Of a DNA stretch of 20,000 nt, positions 15,747-20,000 are shown one piece after another. The translations under genes were made by a program, and so were the position numbers. The stretch is from the IMG/VR virus record IMGVR_UViG_3300035698_020436. One strand, given 5' to 3'. Every line of letters starts with the position of its first letter. The stretch's first letter is position 1. The notes under the pieces were generated by a model, which was given only the letters and a program-made list of their open reading frames with translations, did no database searches and was not told the origin of the DNA. This DNA is from an uncultured virus (IMG/VR IMGVR_UViG_3300035698_020436). Its lineage: Duplodnaviria; Heunggongvirae; Uroviricota; Caudoviricetes.

Positions 15747-16637
15747 ATGCAATTCATTCACCCCTCCATCAAATTGGAGACCTCTAACCGAACCATCCAA
15801 GAGTTTATGGATATCATAGAAAAAGCTGGCCGAACCTGTTGGAAAAGTGAAACTAACCAGTACAAACAAGCTTTAAAATATATCAGAGACCTTGATTGGA
15901 ATCCACAAGGGTATGAAATCATGAGAGCTGCGAACGGTGGTCAACCTCTCACTCTTGAGCAATTAATGAGTCCTGATTTTGTACGGTCAGCTCGGGATGA
16001 TGAGGCTTTCCGACAGGTTACACGGGACTTCAACCGAAGGATGGTGAAGATCGGCCACACATCTGTTCTTGAACACAGTGCCATTACCGTCAGGATCCTC
16101 ACAGATCGAGCCGTAACTCACCAACTTGTCAGGCACCGGATTGCTGCCTACTCTCAAGAGTCTCAGAGATACGTGGGGAATGATGGCCATGTTATGTTCA
16201 TCATCCCAGAAGGTTCTGGTTTAGAACCAGGTTATTATAGTTTTGACCAACAATCAGAACGTGAAGTTGAAGTTCTATCTAAGATCCTTTGCACCCCTGA
16301 AAACCCTCATACTGAGTTTGATACAGTGGATATCAAAGAATGGCCTCGTGTAGGTATGCCCTTTACTTGGGTCTCTGCTATGCAACATGCTGAAAATGCC
16401 TATCTTGATCTTCGAAGTGCTGGTGTAAAGAAGCAAGATGCCCGAAGCGTTCTCCCAAATGCCACCAAGACAGAGATTGTGGCCACTTACAATATCCCTA
16501 TGTGGAGACATGTCATGAAAGAGAGGCTCGATCCGGCAGCCCAACACGACATTCGTAAGATTATGGGTATGATACTGGATAAGTTTCTGGAAACGCCAAT
16601 GGCAATTTTATTTGAGGATTTGAAAAATGTCAGATGA
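15747..16637 (+). CDS. thyX: FAD-dependent thymidylate synthase
   Basis: AGRTCWKS, GHTSVLEH, signature RHRIAAYSQESQRY (RHRx7S), ARSVLPN. SD AAGGAG. Confidence 0.95.
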   Translation: MQFIHPSIKLETSNRTIQEFMDIIEKAGRTCWKSETNQYKQALKYIRDLDWNPQGYEIMRAANGGQPLTLEQLMSPDFVRSARDDEAFRQVTRDFNRRMVKIGHTSVLEHSAITVRILTDRAVTHQLVRHRIAAYSQESQRYVGNDGHVMFIIPEGSGLEPGYYSFDQQSEREVEVLSKILCTPENPHTEFDTVDIKEWPRVGMPFTWVSAMQHAENAYLDLRSAGVKKQDARSVLPNATKTEIVATYNIPMWRHVMKERLDPAAQHDIRKIMGMILDKFLETPMAILFEDLKNVR

Positions 16638-16863
16638 AAACGAAAATGAAGGTGGACAAACCATCAAGATTCTAAGTATTGAAGATACCAAACATAACCC
16701 TCTTTGGGGTGGTTTTGCTCAGATTCTCGGGGCTTTGGCTTTTGTCATTACCGTTGTTGGATTGGCATTCAGTGTCAAAATGTGCAACTCCGACTTAGAA
16801 ACAATCTCCCGTGCTTGGCACGGACAACTTCAATGTGAATGTTCACAGGAAGATGAACCCTAA
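16627..16863 (+). CDS. Small single-pass membrane protein
   Basis: SD GAGG. Hydrophobic segment FAQILGALAFVITVVGLAFSV. Confidence 0.72.
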   Translation: MSDENENEGGQTIKILSIEDTKHNPLWGGFAQILGALAFVITVVGLAFSVKMCNSDLETISRAWHGQLQCECSQEDEP

Positions 16864-17057
16864 TGGCTGATGAAAAACTGGTAAAAGTACAACTCACTTA
16901 TGATAGTGGTCGGGTTCAGACTCTGGAAGGTGACGATGCAGAGGCTTGGATTCAAAATGTCAATGGCTGTATCCTCTTTGGCCTGGTTCACCCTGCAATG
17001 CTAAAAATGAAACAATATCCCTGGAAGGAAACTCATGTCGAACAAGACAAAAGCTAA
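16863..17057 (+). CDS. Hypothetical protein
   Basis: TAATG coupling to the previous gene; tiles the operon. Confidence 0.7.
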   Translation: MADEKLVKVQLTYDSGRVQTLEGDDAEAWIQNVNGCILFGLVHPAMLKMKQYPWKETHVEQDKS

Positions 17058-17589
17058 AAAAGATCGAGCTCGGAGAGCTAAAATCAAGGACCAGAAATAT
17101 CAGGACAAATTAAAAAACCAAGGGAAGAACTCCAAAAGATTCAAGGCTGTGAAGAAAATCCCTTTGACTCAGGATATGTTCTCAGATGAGCAGTTCCGAT
17201 TCTGGCTGGCTCATGGTGTCAATTATCTTGTTTCTGACTACGAGAATGGCCTCTGGGACCCGTTGTTCCCTTCGATCTATGAAGGTAAGGAGATCGGGGC
17301 TGAAACGATGGCACAGGCCATTACAGAGAAGTTTGCCCCATTGGCTGATAAAGACAAGCACTGGCCAAAAGAAGGTCGGACGGCTATGTCTTGGTCACTA
17401 ATGACACGAGAAGTAGTTTTCGTCTATTACAGAGAAGCTCTCCGTCGTCAAAAAGAAACTCTGAAGAAGTCAACTTCAAGCTATGACACCTCAAATGAAG
17501 CGGTTCTCAAGTTGGTAATTTCACAAGGTAATGCTACAGTCTGGGAAGTATTCAAATTCATGGTAGATCAAGTAAGAGATAAAGTCTGA
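17035..17589 (+). CDS. Hypothetical protein with highly basic N-terminus
   Basis: 184-aa ORF with an AAGGA SD. First ~42 aa are K/R-rich. Ends just before the terminator. Confidence 0.8.
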   Translation: MSNKTKAKKDRARRAKIKDQKYQDKLKNQGKNSKRFKAVKKIPLTQDMFSDEQFRFWLAHGVNYLVSDYENGLWDPLFPSIYEGKEIGAETMAQAITEKFAPLADKDKHWPKEGRTAMSWSLMTREVVFVYYREALRRQKETLKKSTSSYDTSNEAVLKLVISQGNATVWEVFKFMVDQVRDKV

Positions 17590-17604
17590 GTGAAAATTTA
17601 ACAC

Positions 17605-17641
17605 AAAAAAAAGCCCTCCTATATTATGGGAGGGCTTTTTT
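17605..17641. terminator. Bidirectional rho-independent terminator
   Basis: A8-GCCCTCC-tatattatg-GGAGGGC-T6 lying between convergent genes. Confidence 0.92.
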
Positions 17642-17655
17642 ATTTAAGTTAATAA

Positions 17656-18075
17656 TTAAGGTGATTCTTCATCACTCCATTGTTCAATAGAAGTATTCAC
17701 ATAAGACATAGAACTAACCGAGTCAAAAGGGGCTAGTAATGCCACAGTAGCCGGTTTTTCAGATTCCGTACTGAGGGAGCTTAAAGCAGACTCAAGATTT
17801 GTATCTTGGAAATAAACATCATACTTTAATGATATCCTGATAACCGGCCCTATTTCTTGATCATTTGTAAAATCAACAGCAGAAAAAATAGGAGGGCTTT
17901 GAGGACTGAAAGCCCAAAAACCACTATCAAAAATAGCCTCCATCCACCCAGAATTACCAGGGTTTGCAGGATCAATAAAAACCCCAAGCACATCACCCCA
18001 AACACCACCAGCAGGGTCAGGTGTTAAAATAGTGTTATTAGGGGCATAAGTTACAATTAATATTACACCAGCCAT
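17656..18075 (-). CDS. Acidic hypothetical protein, paralog of 18109-18510 (possible virion protein)
   Basis: SD GAGGAG. Shares TY.P.N.ILTPDPA.G.WGD.LG and MSYV....EQWSDEE.P with its neighbour. Confidence 0.8.
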   Translation of the reverse strand: MAGVILIVTYAPNNTILTPDPAGGVWGDVLGVFIDPANPGNSGWMEAIFDSGFWAFSPQSPPIFSAVDFTNDQEIGPVIRISLKYDVYFQDTNLESALSSLSTESEKPATVALLAPFDSVSSMSYVNTSIEQWSDEESP

Positions 18076-18108
18076 CTTAGTTTCTCCTCAATCTCTCCAA
18101 AGCAATGG

Positions 18109-18510
18109 TTACGGGGTCTCTTCATCACTCCACTGTTCAACGTAGGCACTGACATATGACATTGCACCAGCAGAGTCGAAAGCAGCCATTGCAGCCTTTG
18201 CAGTAGCCTGAGAACAAGCTGTTTCAAAAGCTGTTTGGGCTACTGCTAAGTCAATTTCTTGAAATGGGCCATCATAAACGAGTACCATACGGATAGCAGG
18301 ACCGCTGGAATCTGAAGTGTTGACATAATCACAGGCCCCAAAAGTTGGTTCACCCTCCGGAGCTTGGGCACCAAAAGAACCACCACCGTAACTAGTCAGT
18401 ATGTAATCTGCCCAAAGACCCAAAGCATCACCCCAAGCACCAGCTGCTGGGTCGGGTGTTAAAATACCATTATCAGGGGTGTATGTTGCTGTAAGTTTAC
18501 TTCCTATCAT
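18109..18510 (-). CDS. Acidic hypothetical protein, paralog of 17656-18075 (possible virion protein)
   Basis: SD GGAG. Same shared motifs as its neighbour. Confidence 0.8.
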   Translation of the reverse strand: MIGSKLTATYTPDNGILTPDPAAGAWGDALGLWADYILTSYGGGSFGAQAPEGEPTFGACDYVNTSDSSGPAIRMVLVYDGPFQEIDLAVAQTAFETACSQATAKAAMAAFDSAGAMSYVSAYVEQWSDEETP

Positions 18511-18556
18511 TTTTATCTCTCCAAGTTAAATCATTAAAAAAACCTTCTATAACAGT

Positions 18557-18594
18557 GGTATAATAAACAATTTATTGAACTAATTTATTATACC
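18557..18594. promoter_or_regulatory. 11-bp perfect inverted repeat, each arm containing TATAAT
   Basis: GGTATAATAAA (18557-18567), 16-nt spacer, TTTATTATACC (18584-18594), in an AT-rich intergenic region. Confidence 0.55.
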
Positions 18595-18607
18595 CAGAAC
18601 TTGAAAT

Positions 18608-19612
18608 TTAAGCGTGAGCATGATTCAGTCCAGTAACATTGATACCTGTACCACCGGATGCATAATAATTGTCAGTACAACCTGTTGACACACCAGCAAG
18701 GGTAGTATAATCAGCATTGTAGAGATTGAAACCTCTACAGTTTGTCATATCTCTGATAACACCTGTAATGTAATTATCATCAACAGCTTCAAGTAAAACT
18801 CCTGAACCTGAATTACTTGATCCACCAGATAAGTTTACCGTGTCAATATCTACACGTAACCTATTCATATGAGCACCACCGGTTAATGTAATAACTCTGA
18901 ACTGGGTGGTTGATACTGCTGTAACATCCTTTGCTCTTATCAGACCGAAATCTGCTCTAGTTCCTGTAATGAGTGCTAGTATTAGGATATCAGTTGTATT
19001 GATAGCTGTTGGGGTCAGTTTACACGTAAAATGTTCTGCCTTAACATAACTACCTGAATAAACAATCATATTTCTCTGTATGCCATAACCAGTAGTATTG
19101 ATTTCAAGATCACCAATAAGAGTGGCATTGCTTGATACGGTTACTTTGATAGTACCACCTGTTATCAATACTCTATCAAAGGTAATATTACAGTCAGGTA
19201 TTGTAACATTGACTGTCTCAGCATACGTTCCGTGCTTAACGAAGTAGCTCTTGTCAGCACCTTCGGCTGTAATAGCTGCTGCTATAGAAGTGTAATTACC
19301 ACCACCAGAAGCATCAACAAAAATATCGTATAATACAAAACCAGCACTGGCTGGCATATCGTCAATAGTATCAAGGGCTTTTTGAACGGTGTCATCGGCA
19401 GCCGAAAGGTTGCCATCGAAATCCGTGGTGTCTACAGTTGTACCTGCTGCTGTAGATGACCCGCCTGTAGACATATCGTCTACGGTATCCAATGCCTTTT
19501 GAACGGTATCATCGGCAGGTGAAAGATTACCATCAAAGCCTCCAGTAGTCACACTCACACTTGAAGCGGTACTAGAGCTGGCTCCGTTTTGGGGGTAATG
19601 TATAATTGTCAT
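18608..19612 (-). CDS. Putative tail fibre/tailspike: N-terminal repeats plus pectin-lyase-like right-handed beta-helix
   Basis: Two FDGNLSxADDTVQKALDTxDDM repeats. FVDASGGGNYTSIAAAI and VKHGTYAE are typical of the beta-helix cap. The remainder is T/G/V/I/N-rich. Confidence 0.72.
   Translation of the reverse strand: MTIIHYPQNGASSSTASSVSVTTGGFDGNLSPADDTVQKALDTVDDMSTGGSSTAAGTTVDTTDFDGNLSAADDTVQKALDTIDDMPASAGFVLYDIFVDASGGGNYTSIAAAITAEGADKSYFVKHGTYAETVNVTIPDCNITFDRVLITGGTIKVTVSSNATLIGDLEINTTGYGIQRNMIVYSGSYVKAEHFTCKLTPTAINTTDILILALITGTRADFGLIRAKDVTAVSTTQFRVITLTGGAHMNRLRVDIDTVNLSGGSSNSGSGVLLEAVDDNYITGVIRDMTNCRGFNLYNADYTTLAGVSTGCTDNYYASGGTGINVTGLNHAHA
19355..19576 (-). repeat. Intragenic tandem repeat, 117-nt (39-aa) period, 2 copies
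   Basis: The 22-aa cores at 19472-19537 and 19355-19420 are identical at 20/22 residues. Confidence 0.9.
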
Positions 19613-19627
19613 AAGTCATATCTCTTT

Positions 19628-19999
19628 CTATTTAGAATACTCTAAAGTTGAACCACGACCATCATTCTGGAAATGGATGTCAAATTCTTTTAACAAGGCA
19701 TTTCCAGAGTACTGGTCTAACCCAACAAACAAACCACTAGCATTAGCTGTGTCTCGGAAGAAACGTATATCTAATATTGAACTTACTGTAGTTATTGCAG
19801 CCCCTGAAATTGCTGGGAACTCTGACAGTTGGATAATGTCTGACCCAGCATACGTGAAAACATGAGTATCTATCTTGACAGGACCCTGCCAAGCACCTGG
19901 AGTAGAACCATTCATTGTCCAGCGGTACAGCATTACCCAATGTGGGAAGTCTGCTGAGTTTTGAAGCCAATGAATATGGGGATGGATGTCTGTCCCTTG
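19628..19999 (-). CDS. Putative virion structural protein, 5'-truncated by the window edge
   Basis: The frame is open to the window end (QGTDIHPHIHWLQNSADFPHWVMLYRW...). The GTxIxPHxHW and EFDIHFQxDxxGSxxEYxK motifs resemble a beta-sandwich domain often seen in phage virion regions. Confidence 0.65.
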   Translation of the reverse strand, partial: QGTDIHPHIHWLQNSADFPHWVMLYRWTMNGSTPGAWQGPVKIDTHVFTYAGSDIIQLSEFPAISGAAITTVSSILDIRFFRDTANASGLFVGLDQYSGNALLKEFDIHFQNDGRGSTLEYSK

Positions 20000-20000
20000 A

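Noticed and set aside
15840..16030. Intein or intron in thyX
   Set aside because: The insert is short and in frame, with no intein C-terminal HN-C/S/T junction or homing endonuclease motif.
18076..18084. CTTAGTTTC, a partial match to the divergent-region motif
   Set aside because: The second box (TTGKGGGTTGTTG) is absent and the match points away from the adjacent gene.
19628..19933. 101-aa ORF treated as a complete gene
   Set aside because: The frame stays open to the window edge and includes the PHIHW motif upstream of this Met.
1..20000. Eukaryotic giant-virus origin, suggested by the Mimivirus-like and GT7-like genes
   Set aside because: Strong SD sites, overlapping operonic genes, a GTG start and an intrinsic terminator indicate prokaryotic expression.
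1..20000. CRISPR arrays, tRNAs, IS elements, stop-codon recoding
   Set aside because: No repeat-spacer array, cloverleaf or transposase was seen. Intergenic spaces are short and genes are intact under code 11.

Overview
This window looks like part of a large dsDNA bacteriophage genome. The evidence is bacterial Shine-Dalgarno sites, ATGA-coupled genes, a bidirectional intrinsic terminator, many small phage-type orphans, ThyX, a P-loop kinase, a metallophosphoesterase and tail/virion-like genes; genetic code 11 gives intact ORFs. No capsid or terminase gene is in view, so the phage call is an inference. There are four blocks. (1) 1-1336 (+): small genes and a metallophosphoesterase. (2) 1296-13045 (-): an 11-gene, translationally coupled glycan biosynthesis operon, preceded by five small (-) orphans at 13101-14718. 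It encodes a 4-domain glycosyltransferase with an animal-type GT7 C-terminus, a GT-B enzyme, a pyruvyltransferase, a double methyltransferase, a UDP-HexNAc dehydrogenase, a GT-D enzyme, a methyltransferase, two acyltransferases, an NDP-glucose 4,6-dehydratase and a PLP aminotransferase. It has no flippase, polymerase or lipid-carrier enzyme, and its content echoes the Mimivirus viosamine/fibril glycosylation cluster. (3) 14857-17589 (+): kinase, ThyX and orphans, diverging from block 2 across a 74-bp dyad-symmetric element. (4) 17656-20000 (-): probable virion genes (a tandem paralog pair, a repeat-containing beta-helix protein and a truncated gene). The best candidate for a new system is a phage-encoded, soluble pathway that glycosylates the virion. 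All family assignments come from motifs recognised by eye, not from database searches.
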